64,000 nucleotides of DNA from Syntrophales bacterium (GTDB lineage: Bacteria > Desulfobacterota > Syntrophia > Syntrophales > UBA2210), in assembly GCA_963665835.2 (NCBI GenBank), contig CAXXWJ010000002.1:656948-720947 (forward strand). The letters run 5' to 3'. This document shows positions 31,125 through 39,774 of this stretch, piece by piece. Below the pieces are notes generated by a model. The model did no database searches, was not told the DNA's origin, and worked only from the letters and a program-made list of their open reading frames with translations. Position numbers and translations under genes: made by a program. Within the stretch, counting starts at the first letter, position 1. Every line of letters starts with the position of its first letter.

Positions 31125-33773
31125 CTAGGACTTGCCTCTTAAAAAGGTCTTGAAAGATTTAAAAAAAGAAAAGGCCAATCCCGCGACGACTCCGAATATT
31201 ATCAGATATTGATGATAGAGACGGATATTCCTTCCGGCAATTACACTTACTTCCGGCAAAAAAGTGTTAATATAATAAAAAATTGTGGGGAGAATAATAG
31301 TCCCGACAACCAGGATTACGCAAAGGGTAAAAAAGGACTGCTTAACAAACATAAGCGAAAAAGTCTTTATATCAAGCGCTCTTTTTACCCTCTGCATTTC
31401 CAGCTCTATTCGACGCAGCTCTTTGCTGATTTTTTGTAGACCCATGGACATATCTTTGAATTTTTTAAAATTATTGAATGTTGCAGATTCCGCAATTTCC
31501 ATGAACTCCGACTGGATGGTTTTAAGCCTCTGATAAACATAGCTTGAGGCAAGTTGCCGTCGGTTCTTTTCAAAAAATAACAGGATTGATGCTATTTTCT
31601 TTTCTACATTTTTAACTCTTTCAAGAAGATGTCTCTTTTGACGGGACTTTGCGTTGCGGCAAGCGCTAATGAGAGAATTGCTTAAATCCACTATATCAAG
31701 ATACCCGTAATAACTGTTTTGGGAGGTGAGGTTGTGTATTTTTGACAATATGGATCTTGCACTTTCCATTTCCTCATCTTCTTCCGCAAAAAACTGCTCC
31801 ATAGATAAAAATTCCAAAGTTGCATCATGGACCTTTACCTGCGCCTCCTGCCTTGTTCCTGTAAAAATCTTTTTCAGGGCAGGATGAACCAGACTGCTGA
31901 AAGGCGCCAGCGCTGGATCGATCAAGGCTTTTATATAGTATTCACGGTTCATCAAGACAAGGCTGACAAGCTTCTTCAGCGCTACATCCGTGGCCCCCTG
32001 CTTAAAGATCATTAAAGACTCCTGGTAGATAGCCTCCGAATGATAGGGGCTTATCAGCTTGATTTCCCGTATTCTTTTCAAGGCCTTATCCTGGAATTCA
32101 GCAAGATCGTAGAAGCGGAAAAGAAGAAACAATATGAATGTTTTCTGGTAATTTGTATTTGCCTGGTAAAGGGCCTTGTCCAGATATTGTTCAATACGGG
32201 AATAATTGTCCTGTTCCATGTTCAGAAGACCAAGGGTACAGTATGTTCTGTAATCATCGGGATATTTTTCCAGACAACTTTGCAAAATAGATTCTGCTCT
32301 GGCGTGATTTGAAACACGTATACAATCCTGAGCCAGCCAGATTAGCCGTCCTGTACCATCGGCAGGTTCCATTTCTTCTTCAATTTGAACATTTCCACCG
32401 CTGTTGGTATCCCAGATTTCTCTAAAGAAACGAAGCTGAAAGATCTGCTTTAGTTCATAGAAACTGGAGTTAGCAGATATATCATGCAGACTATCGCCCT
32501 CTTTATGTCCCATGCCATCCGCTCCCTTATCACACTCGGGATTGGCCAGATAGAGACGAAACATTTCATTGATCTGATTGATTGGGAGATACCCCAGGCT
32601 GTTTAAGACGGCAGTGACAGTGGTCAGATTTTTAGAAGGACATTCGCAAATATTATGCTTTCTGCTGCCACAATAGAAACATTGGGGGTGCTCCCCACGG
32701 GAAAGTTCATCCTGAAAAGTAAAAAGGATTTCATCTTCCTTGTCCTTGTAGTCATCAGGCGCTATTTCATAGAAGGGTTGTGGCAGCTCTATACCTGGCA
32801 GGCTTACCTTTGTAACAGAAAGACCTTCTTCCTCTATCAGATCGTAGGCTTTTGGAGAAAGGAATATCGTTCCCTGCCGGAATCCCTTCCATTCGCCTTT
32901 AAAACCTTTCCCGGCAAGTTGATCGATGCTCTGATGAGGTCCTGCGTCAACAATCATTTGCACAGTAACGGCGGAAAGGGCTCCCATGCGCACCCTTATA
33001 AACCTGAATACATCAACGGCCACCTCCATTAGAGAGGAAAGTCTTTTCGCTGAAAGGATAATGGTTTTATCATCCATTACGGCTTCAGCATCAACAATAT
33101 TTTCCCAGAATATAGACTTGGTGTTTATTATATGTTCCCAAAGTAGATTGAAACTTTCCCGTTCTTCCTTAATGAACGGTCTCATGTAGAGGACAGGAAC
33201 CGCATCTGGTGCAAAGCCGACACTCCGCTCCCACAGCACCTTGTATAAAATCAGGTTTGCCGGAGTCCTCAAGTCCTCGACAGCCTCAAATCTCAGGGAG
33301 GGATTAGAGTTAACCCGGTCAAGGACATTTTGGGATATGAATATCTGGTTTCCGTCCGCAAGGTTTGTAATCTTTGACGCTATGTTTACAGCATCGCCGA
33401 ATATATCGTTATCTTCGACAACACCTTCATCGAAATGAATGCCAATTCTTACTAAGATATTACGATCCGCCCCGCTACGCCTGTTATAGCGCCTTAAAGT
33501 CTCCTGTATCTGTACTGCCGATTTTATGGCCTCCTGGCAATCGGCAAAATAGGCCAGGATTGAGTCCCCTATATTTTTTACAACCATTCCACCGAAAGGT
33601 TTGACTATATTAGAGACAATCCTTTCGTGCTGCTGCAACATGGCGCGCCCGGACAAATTGCCGTGGGATTGGAAAAACTGTGTAGACCCGATAATGTCGG
33701 TAAACAGAACAGCTATCTTCTGTAGAGATCTTCCCCTATAATTGTTTGCAGGGCTGAGGTTTTCCATGACCAC
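31125..33773 (-). CDS. Class III adenylate/guanylate cyclase domain protein with CCHC zinc knuckle, TPR-like region and C-terminal TM helices
   Basis: The N-terminus IAVLFTDIIGST...VKNIGDSILAYF...IGIHFDEGVV...GDAVNIASK is a class III cyclase domain. CFYCGSRKHNICEC lies at codons 365-377. A helical repeat region and two C-terminal hydrophobic helices follow. Confidence 0.8.
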   Translation of the reverse strand: MVMENLSPANNYRGRSLQKIAVLFTDIIGSTQFFQSHGNLSGRAMLQQHERIVSNIVKPFGGMVVKNIGDSILAYFADCQEAIKSAVQIQETLRRYNRRSGADRNILVRIGIHFDEGVVEDNDIFGDAVNIASKITNLADGNQIFISQNVLDRVNSNPSLRFEAVEDLRTPANLILYKVLWERSVGFAPDAVPVLYMRPFIKEERESFNLLWEHIINTKSIFWENIVDAEAVMDDKTIILSAKRLSSLMEVAVDVFRFIRVRMGALSAVTVQMIVDAGPHQSIDQLAGKGFKGEWKGFRQGTIFLSPKAYDLIEEEGLSVTKVSLPGIELPQPFYEIAPDDYKDKEDEILFTFQDELSRGEHPQCFYCGSRKHNICECPSKNLTTVTAVLNSLGYLPINQINEMFRLYLANPECDKGADGMGHKEGDSLHDISANSSFYELKQIFQLRFFREIWDTNSGGNVQIEEEMEPADGTGRLIWLAQDCIRVSNHARAESILQSCLEKYPDDYRTYCTLGLLNMEQDNYSRIEQYLDKALYQANTNYQKTFILFLLFRFYDLAEFQDKALKRIREIKLISPYHSEAIYQESLMIFKQGATDVALKKLVSLVLMNREYYIKALIDPALAPFSSLVHPALKKIFTGTRQEAQVKVHDATLEFLSMEQFFAEEDEEMESARSILSKIHNLTSQNSYYGYLDIVDLSNSLISACRNAKSRQKRHLLERVKNVEKKIASILLFFEKNRRQLASSYVYQRLKTIQSEFMEIAESATFNNFKKFKDMSMGLQKISKELRRIELEMQRVKRALDIKTFSLMFVKQSFFTLCVILVVGTIILPTIFYYINTFLPEVSVIAGRNIRLYHQYLIIFGVVAGLAFSFFKSFKTFLRGKS

Positions 33774-33889
33774 CTTGGCGTTAAGGATATTCTTTTCTAT
33801 AATATATTCGGCAATGGTCTTGCAAAACTTGAATGCTTTAAATGAAAATCATCTTTGGATTTTTATCGGGGGATAAAAAGGGGGGGGGG

Positions 33890-33904
33890 GGGGGATGACT
33901 ATTG
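33890..33904. repeat. Homopolymer G15 (C15 on the coding strand of the cyclase gene)
   Basis: Counted directly, 117-131 nt upstream of the cyclase start codon at 33773. Confidence 0.9.
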
Positions 33905-34025
33905 AAGAGCAGGATTTCAGGCAGGATTTATTCCCATAATACAAGAAAACTCCTGCCTGCTTGTAGTTTAGTGGATATATCTATTGTGGAGAGGCGTAAG
34001 GCCTCACAAAAAACATCGCCCGGTT

Positions 34026-34661
34026 CTATTCCATAAAATTTATATTCACACGCTCCACATCCCATAATGTATGTATTTTTTCATTTATCTCGTCTCTTAT
34101 ATTGGTCGCAAACTGGTGGCCAGCAGGAAGATCTACCGTTATTTCAACGACACCCTTATCCAGCTTGATCTCCTTTACCAATTCGGTACGCACCAGATCG
34201 AGACCTGAAAGAGGATTCATAACCTTCTTCAGACGCTTACGAATAACCTCCACCGTGGTAGGCTCCCGATCTGTGATAATACCGTTACGTTCCTCGTAAT
34301 TCTTTATGGCCGAGCGCAGTCCCTCTACAGCCAATACAGAGCAGTGCGACTTTACCGGTGGAAGACCTCCAAGGGCATCCGACGCCTCCTTCCAGCTTAT
34401 CTGCTTGGCTTCTTCGATGGTTTTACCCTTGGCAAGTTCGGTAATGATGGACCCGGTGGCTATGTTCGACGCACAGCCGTAGGATTCGAATTTGATGTCC
34501 GCTATACGTTTAGTATCGGGATCAACATTAATCTGGACCGATACCATATCTCCGCAAGCGGGGCTACCCTCCATGGCGTTACCGTCCGGGTTTTCGAGTT
34601 TTCCAACATTACGGGGGTGCCGAAAGTGTTCCAGGACCTTGTCAGTGTATGGGAATGTCAT
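34026..34661 (-). CDS. iscU: IscU/NifU-type Fe-S scaffold fused to a C-terminal DUF59 (MIP18-like) domain
   Basis: N-terminal HFRHPRNVG...ACGD...YGCASNIA...SHCS carries the three scaffold Cys. The ~85 C-terminal residues (VIRKRLKKVMNPLSGLDLVRTELVKEIKL..VEITVDLP) resemble DUF59 but lack its usual Cys. Confidence 0.8.
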   Translation of the reverse strand: MTFPYTDKVLEHFRHPRNVGKLENPDGNAMEGSPACGDMVSVQINVDPDTKRIADIKFESYGCASNIATGSIITELAKGKTIEEAKQISWKEASDALGGLPPVKSHCSVLAVEGLRSAIKNYEERNGIITDREPTTVEVIRKRLKKVMNPLSGLDLVRTELVKEIKLDKGVVEITVDLPAGHQFATNIRDEINEKIHTLWDVERVNINFME

Positions 34662-34675
34662 AGTTGTGTCCCTCC

Positions 34676-35845
34676 TTATTTTGCGACCAATGGACTGATC
34701 TTTCTCAGTTCTCCTACCACCTCAGATACCGTAGCCACCAGAGCATCTACCTCTTCCATGGTGTTGTAACGGCCAAATGTAAAACGTATAGATCCGTGAG
34801 CCCGTTCATGATCTCCCCCGATACCCATAATGACATGGCTTGCCTCCAGAGAACGGCTGAAACAGGCAGAGCCTGTGCTGACGGCAAAGCCTCGCATATC
34901 CAGATGCAGGGTTATGGACTCTCCCTCAACGAAATGAAAGGTTATGTTAGCGTTCTGAGGGACCCTTTTAAAGCGGTGGCCATTGAGGGTTGTATCGGGT
35001 ACCTCGGTCATGATCCTTTCCATAAGGTGGTCTCGCATCCCCAGGATACGTTGATTTTCTTCGGTCGTAACCAGTTCAACGGCCTTGGAAAAACCAACTG
35101 CACCCGGGATATTCTCCAGACCACCCCTAAGATCAAACTCCTGAAACCCTCCGTCCATCCACTTGGCAACAGGCGTTCCGGCACGAACATATAAGCCACC
35201 AATCCCCTTCGGACCATGAATGGTGTGGGGAGATATGGTAACCAGGTCCACGTTAACCTTCGAGACGTCAAGAGGAACCCTTGTGAACGCATGGGTGGCA
35301 TCGGAATGGAAAAGGGTATCCTTCTCGCGACATATACTGCCTATGGCCGCTATATCCTGCATGGTGCCAATCTCCTGGTTTGCACTCTGGATCGACACCA
35401 GTATGGTCTTGTCGGTTATTGCATCTCTCACGCTTTCGGGATCAACAAGCCCTTCGGAGTCAACCCCCAGGTAGGTAACGGAAAAACCCTGTTTTTCAAG
35501 CGTCCTGGCACTGTGCAGAACAGAAAAGTCCTCAATCGCGGAGATAATTATGTGGCGACCCTTCTTGTCACCAAGGGCCATGGCAACCCCCTTCAGCGCC
35601 AGATTGCTCGACTCAGCGTTTCCCGAGGTGAAGATAATCTCTTCGCTGATGGACGTCCCCATATGGTCTGCAATCTTCCTCCGCGATTGCTCCAGGGCCT
35701 CACGGGCCTCTATGCCGAGGGAATAACCAAATTCAGATGTAGCAACAGGGTAAATCTCAAAAAAGTAGGGTCTCATAGACTCAAGAACCCTCTCGTCCAT
35801 ACGGGTTGCAGCAGCATTGTCAAGATAGATGGTCTTTGGATTCAT
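34676..35845 (-). CDS. IscS/NifS-like class V aminotransferase-fold protein lacking the PLP-binding lysine
   Basis: Colinear with IscS (TSGNAESSNLALKG, HSDATH, STGSACFS active-site Cys loop, IRFTFGRYNT). It has SPHTIHGPKG where IscS has SGHKIYGPKG (ACC Thr codon at 35222-35224) and IEDFSV where IscS has TEHKAV. Confidence 0.8.
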   Translation of the reverse strand: MNPKTIYLDNAAATRMDERVLESMRPYFFEIYPVATSEFGYSLGIEAREALEQSRRKIADHMGTSISEEIIFTSGNAESSNLALKGVAMALGDKKGRHIIISAIEDFSVLHSARTLEKQGFSVTYLGVDSEGLVDPESVRDAITDKTILVSIQSANQEIGTMQDIAAIGSICREKDTLFHSDATHAFTRVPLDVSKVNVDLVTISPHTIHGPKGIGGLYVRAGTPVAKWMDGGFQEFDLRGGLENIPGAVGFSKAVELVTTEENQRILGMRDHLMERIMTEVPDTTLNGHRFKRVPQNANITFHFVEGESITLHLDMRGFAVSTGSACFSRSLEASHVIMGIGGDHERAHGSIRFTFGRYNTMEEVDALVATVSEVVGELRKISPLVAK

Positions 35846-35858
35846 TTACGCCTTCTTT

Positions 35859-36278
35859 CTATATGAACAGGGTTATTTTCGATTCCCGGGCCTCTTGTAT
35901 GTAGGTGCCAACTGCACCGTAATCATCGATAAGATCCTGACGAAGGTCTTCCTTTCTGATCCCCATTATCTGCATTGTCATTTCGCAGGCTATAATCTTA
36001 CCCCCCAGTTCCTTGAAATCCTTAAGCAGCCTTTCCAGCGAAGCCACGTTTGCAGCCTTCATCCGCCGCCTCACCATCCACTTTCCAAGGCCAAGCATAT
36101 GCATTTTTGAAAGGGATCCACGTTCCAGCTTGCCCTTGATTAGGCGCTCAAGTCCCCAGAATGTGAAATACAGCGACGCCTCCATTCCCATGGCAAGAGC
36201 GCCATTTGATACGATAAGCGCACTGTAGAGTTTGTCCATATCCCCGCTGTGAACAACGATAGTTGACTTGTCAGCCAT
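35859..36278 (-). CDS. DsrE/DsrF-like sulfur relay family protein (DsrE3/COG2210-like)
   Basis: 139 aa; IVVHSGDMDKLYSALI...ACEMTM with conserved Cys, typical of the DsrE3-type proteins found next to TusA. Confidence 0.7.
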   Translation of the reverse strand: MADKSTIVVHSGDMDKLYSALIVSNGALAMGMEASLYFTFWGLERLIKGKLERGSLSKMHMLGLGKWMVRRRMKAANVASLERLLKDFKELGGKIIACEMTMQIMGIRKEDLRQDLIDDYGAVGTYIQEARESKITLFI

Positions 36279-36296
36279 TATGGCACCCCTTTTCCT

Positions 36297-36518
36297 TCAG
36301 ATAGTTACCTTGATGGTCCACTGATCGTCATCTCCCGCTACCTCTACGCCCTGTAGCCCCAAGGCCTTGAAGGCCATTGGGATCTCCTTCTTTGAGGCAG
36401 GGTGCGTCCCTATAATCTCCAGTGTATCTCCCTGTGCCGCCTTCCGCAGGGCCTTTCGAGCCTCAACAAGCGGTACAGGACAGGTTTCACCCCTGACGTC
36501 CACTCTTATATCAGCCAT
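36297..36518 (-). CDS. tusA: TusA/SirA-family sulfurtransferase
   Basis: 73 aa; DVRGETCPVPLVEARKAL has the CPxP motif. Confidence 0.85.
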   Translation of the reverse strand: MADIRVDVRGETCPVPLVEARKALRKAAQGDTLEIIGTHPASKKEIPMAFKALGLQGVEVAGDDDQWTIKVTI

Positions 36519-36611
36519 AATGTAAACCTCCCCGACTGTTTATGATTCAAGATAAAACCGCAAACAACCGACCACGCTGCACAGCACGGGAAATAAGACT
36601 TTGAAGCTCCG

Positions 36612-36908
36612 TCAATCCTTCAAGTCCTTTTTCATCTCCTCAAATTTTTCCTTGCTGATCTCGCCCCTGGCGTATCTCCTTTTAAGAAGCTCCATGGGGG
36701 AATCATATGACGAGCCCAGGCCCCTCTCTTTTGAGGCCCGTACGAGAAAATAAACGACTAATGCAACCGCGATCAAAAGCAGTATAAGCATAAAAACTCC
36801 CCCCAATCCTGGCCCCATAGGTCCCCACCCGTACAAACACTCCCTGTCTGCCCAGGCGCAGGTGGCAAAAAACATGCTTATTCCCAGACAAAAAATATAA
36901 CTATTCAT
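36612..36908 (-). CDS. SHOCT-domain membrane protein
   Basis: Start placed at MNSYIF (ATG 36908). One signal/TM segment plus one TM helix, and a C-terminal ELLKRRYARGEISKEKFEEMKKDL SHOCT motif. Confidence 0.6.
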   Translation of the reverse strand: MNSYIFCLGISMFFATCAWADRECLYGWGPMGPGLGGVFMLILLLIAVALVVYFLVRASKERGLGSSYDSPMELLKRRYARGEISKEKFEEMKKDLKD

Positions 36909-36940
36909 GGAAAAATCCCCCCGTTCAACCTTCCCCTCTT

Positions 36941-37552
36941 TTAACGCGTAAGTTTTGCAGCTATGGTGGCAACATGACGTCCCTGAAAGCGTGCACCGGC
37001 CAACTCGTTTTCCGTTGGCATCCTTTCTCCACCACCGCCGGCTATTGTCGAAGCACCGTAAGGAGAACAACCTGTCAATTCATCAGATCTCGACTGACCG
37101 TCAAAACTGTAAGGCAACCCTACAACGATCATGCCGTGATGCAGAAGGGTAACATGGAATGTCAGTATGGTGGATTCCTGACCTCCATGCTGTGTCCCTG
37201 TGCTTGTAAAAACACTCCCTACTTTTCCTACAAGGGCTCGCTTGGCCCATAGACCTCCGGTCGCATCGAGAAACTGCCGCATCTGTCCGCACATGTTTCC
37301 GAATCTAGTCGGTGTCCCAAATATTATTGCGTCGGCCTCAGCAAGTTCTTCGATCCGGCACAGAGGAACAGGGGCGAAGGTCTTCTGAATCTCCCTGGCC
37401 CCCATCCTGGCGAGCACATCCTCGGACAGGGTCTCCGGGACCCTCCGCAAAACTGCCTCGGCCCCTTCAACCTCCTTCACGCCTTCGGCCACCTCATTGG
37501 CCAAGCGATGAACATGACCATACATTGAATAATACAATATCAAAGCGTTCAT
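36941..37552 (-). CDS. wrbA: NAD(P)H:quinone oxidoreductase, WrbA type (flavodoxin-like)
   Basis: [18 protein letters not shown]...[11 protein letters not shown]...[12 protein letters not shown], characteristic of WrbA. Confidence 0.9.
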   Translation of the reverse strand: MNALILYYSMYGHVHRLANEVAEGVKEVEGAEAVLRRVPETLSEDVLARMGAREIQKTFAPVPLCRIEELAEADAIIFGTPTRFGNMCGQMRQFLDATGGLWAKRALVGKVGSVFTSTGTQHGGQESTILTFHVTLLHHGMIVVGLPYSFDGQSRSDELTGCSPYGASTIAGGGGERMPTENELAGARFQGRHVATIAAKLTR

Positions 37553-37582
37553 GGGATAACCTCCTGTTGTGAAACATCTCGG

Positions 37583-37969
37583 CTAAAGAACACCCGTAAG
37601 GTACAGACCAGATATGATATTAAGTAATATCATCACTATCGTTGCCCGGCCAGACCATCTATGAAAAGGTCCTATGGCAGCATTCACCTTCTTAATCATT
37701 ATCATCCCCATAAGGTATGTAGATAGGGCAAAGGCTATGGTTACCATACCAAGCCAGGCATGAGGTACCGCAAGATGCACCCCAGTCTGTCGAGACACCA
37801 TATAAATAGCGGCCACAAATCCAGGCAAAAGAGCCGCAACTCCCCAAGATACTGACGTTCGATGTCTTCGAAGCCACCAAGTCTTTTCCCTAAAGAAAAT
37901 TGCTACTGCAATACCCAAAGCCAACAGGAGCATTCCGACAAGCATTATACCTGAGTGAATGAAGATCAT
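37583..37969 (-). CDS. Four-TM His-containing membrane protein, possibly cytochrome b561-like
   Basis: 128 aa with 4 predicted TM helices. His sits in IHSGIML, RRHRT, PHAWLG and FHRWSG contexts that resemble b561/DUF4079 haem-ligand motifs. By eye only. Confidence 0.45.
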   Translation of the reverse strand: MIFIHSGIMLVGMLLLALGIAVAIFFREKTWWLRRHRTSVSWGVAALLPGFVAAIYMVSRQTGVHLAVPHAWLGMVTIAFALSTYLMGMIMIKKVNAAIGPFHRWSGRATIVMILLNIISGLYLTGVL

Positions 37970-37985
37970 AAAAACCCTCTGATAG

Positions 37986-38366
37986 TCAATCGGCTAGAGG
38001 TTGCTCTGATATATTCAGACCACCCTCCCCCGATCCGTAATAATTACATTCGGCAGTGGCCTCTATTCTATCTCCGACCTTCGCCTCCACAGGGTATTCA
38101 TATGAAAAAGGAGATGAAGCCGACTGTCCGGTGTAGCGATAAATTGCAAGGACCTCTCCGTTTTTTCTAAGCACTACTTCCTTTATATAGTGTTTATCAG
38201 GATTTGATACGGCGTGTAAGATGGTTACAGTCAAAATTCCGGAATCAGAACTGTAGGCCAGAGAAACTCCTTCCGGGCCATGAGCCTGTCCGGCAGCAGG
38301 CAACAGAAAAAAGGCCAGAAGTGTTGAGAAGATGCAGGCAAGAAGACAGCTTAACTTAAGGTGCAT
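37986..38366 (-). CDS. Secreted small beta-sandwich protein with SoxZ/desulfoferrodoxin-like motif
   Basis: Signal peptide ...PAAGQA/HG. LHAVSNPDKHYIKEVVLRKNGEVL...KVGDRIEATAECNYYG resembles the HP..(H)(F/Y)I..V....NG core shared by SoxZ and superoxide reductase-type domains. Confidence 0.45.
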   Translation of the reverse strand: MHLKLSCLLACIFSTLLAFFLLPAAGQAHGPEGVSLAYSSDSGILTVTILHAVSNPDKHYIKEVVLRKNGEVLAIYRYTGQSASSPFSYEYPVEAKVGDRIEATAECNYYGSGEGGLNISEQPLAD

Positions 38367-38399
38367 GAACGTCTCCTTATTTCATCAACCTCCAGATGT

Positions 38400-38612
38400 T
38401 TATGTGAAGGCCGTATTACTGTAAAGGTATTCCACCTTATCTTTATGTTTCATCTCTTCATCAACTATCGTCAGGACAAGCTCCCCAGTCTTACCGTACC
38501 TACAGAGGCCTGCAAAAGCAAAGTATAACTTACAAGGCTTGCCCGATATGCCACAGTCAGATACGATTGAAAACGTTCCATATCCTTGACAAGATGGGGC
38601 TCTTTCACACAT
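38400..38612 (-). CDS. Hypothetical Cys-rich 70-aa ORF
   Basis: ORF only, with no recognisable motif and no clear RBS. Confidence 0.2.
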   Translation of the reverse strand: MCERAPSCQGYGTFSIVSDCGISGKPCKLYFAFAGLCRYGKTGELVLTIVDEEMKHKDKVEYLYSNTAFT

Positions 38613-38647
38613 TAGAACATTTTGTAAATTAAGGCATCGACCTTACG

Positions 38648-39774
38648 CAATTATTGCTCCGGTGATTGAATAGATCCATTATGCTGCATATGCAACCGCC
38701 GGATGCTTGAAATATTTTTTTGCGTGTTGCGGTCGTTTCTGTAAGGTCTTCATAAAAGAACGTGTCTTACTGACGATATCTTTTTCGTTTCTTGCCGGTA
38801 TGCCTGAACGAATCTTGTTTTTCAGGTTGCCGTTGAGATACTCGTCCGGGTTGAGTTCTGGAGAATATGAGGGAAGGTAGAACACCTCTATTTTCTCCTT
38901 GTTTACTTCAAGCCACTCTTTGACTTTTTTTCCGTGATGTACACGGAGGTTGTCCAAAATCAAAAAGCTCTTACGGGGAACATCCTTTATCAGTCGGGAC
39001 ATGAACTTGATGAGCACCTGCGAAGCCATCTTCTCCCGATACAGCATGAATCTCACCTTTCCTTGATTGGTGATGGCCGAGATCATGTTGATTCTGTTCT
39101 TTTTAGCAGTGACCCTGACGACGGGTGTCTTCCCCTTTGGAGAAAAACCCTTCGCAGTGTAGTCACCACTTTGAATGCCAGTCTCGTCACCCCAGTGAAT
39201 CTCGGCTTTCTCTTTTTTTGCCTGAGCTGCAATCACTGGGTACGTGGTATCAAGCCACTGCTGTACCTGTCGCGGGCTCTGTTCGTAGGCCCGCTTGCTG
39301 GGCTTCTGGGGAGTAAAACCCCAGCGCTTGAGATAGTCGGTTATAGTCCGTAGAGGCAAATCGGTACCGCATCGCTGTTTGATTGCCAAACGGACGGCAT
39401 CACGGGTCCAAAGAGCAAATGGATGTTTGAGCTGATCCGGTGTTTTGTCTACCAAAAGTTTCTTTACCTCAAGTTCCTGCTCACTTGTCAGTTTGCGACT
39501 ACCGCCGTGGCGACGACCTCTTTGTCCGAGCTTGATAGCGAAGCTGCCTTCCCGCAAGTATTTCTGCCAAATCTTGCTGGTGTGGCGTTCCGTGGCACCG
39601 ATAATCTGGGCGACCTCTTTATTGGACCGCCCTTGCCTGCGTAGCCGAACTATCTGCTTGCGCAGAGCATACTGTACGTCTTGGCTAAGTTTTCGTGCAT
39701 CTGGTTTTTCCATGCACAAACCATAACACACAATGTCGCTAAATGGAAGTGTTTAATCGCCGAGTCAATAATAT
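38648..39774 (-). mobile_element. IS630-family insertion sequence (~1.1 kb)
   Basis: Single DDE transposase ORF flanked by imperfect inverted repeats ATTATTGCTCCGGTGATTGAA (38650-38670) and TTTAATCGCCGAGTCAATAAT (39752-39772), ~16/21 matching. Confidence 0.8.
38679..39731 (-). CDS. IS630 family transposase
   Basis: N-terminal HTH (GRSNKEVAQIIG), WGDETG, ILDNLRVHH, LPSYSPELNPDEY DDE signature. Probable start MEKPD at 39713. Confidence 0.85.
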   Translation of the reverse strand: MCYGLCMEKPDARKLSQDVQYALRKQIVRLRRQGRSNKEVAQIIGATERHTSKIWQKYLREGSFAIKLGQRGRRHGGSRKLTSEQELEVKKLLVDKTPDQLKHPFALWTRDAVRLAIKQRCGTDLPLRTITDYLKRWGFTPQKPSKRAYEQSPRQVQQWLDTTYPVIAAQAKKEKAEIHWGDETGIQSGDYTAKGFSPKGKTPVVRVTAKKNRINMISAITNQGKVRFMLYREKMASQVLIKFMSRLIKDVPRKSFLILDNLRVHHGKKVKEWLEVNKEKIEVFYLPSYSPELNPDEYLNGNLKNKIRSGIPARNEKDIVSKTRSFMKTLQKRPQHAKKYFKHPAVAYAA

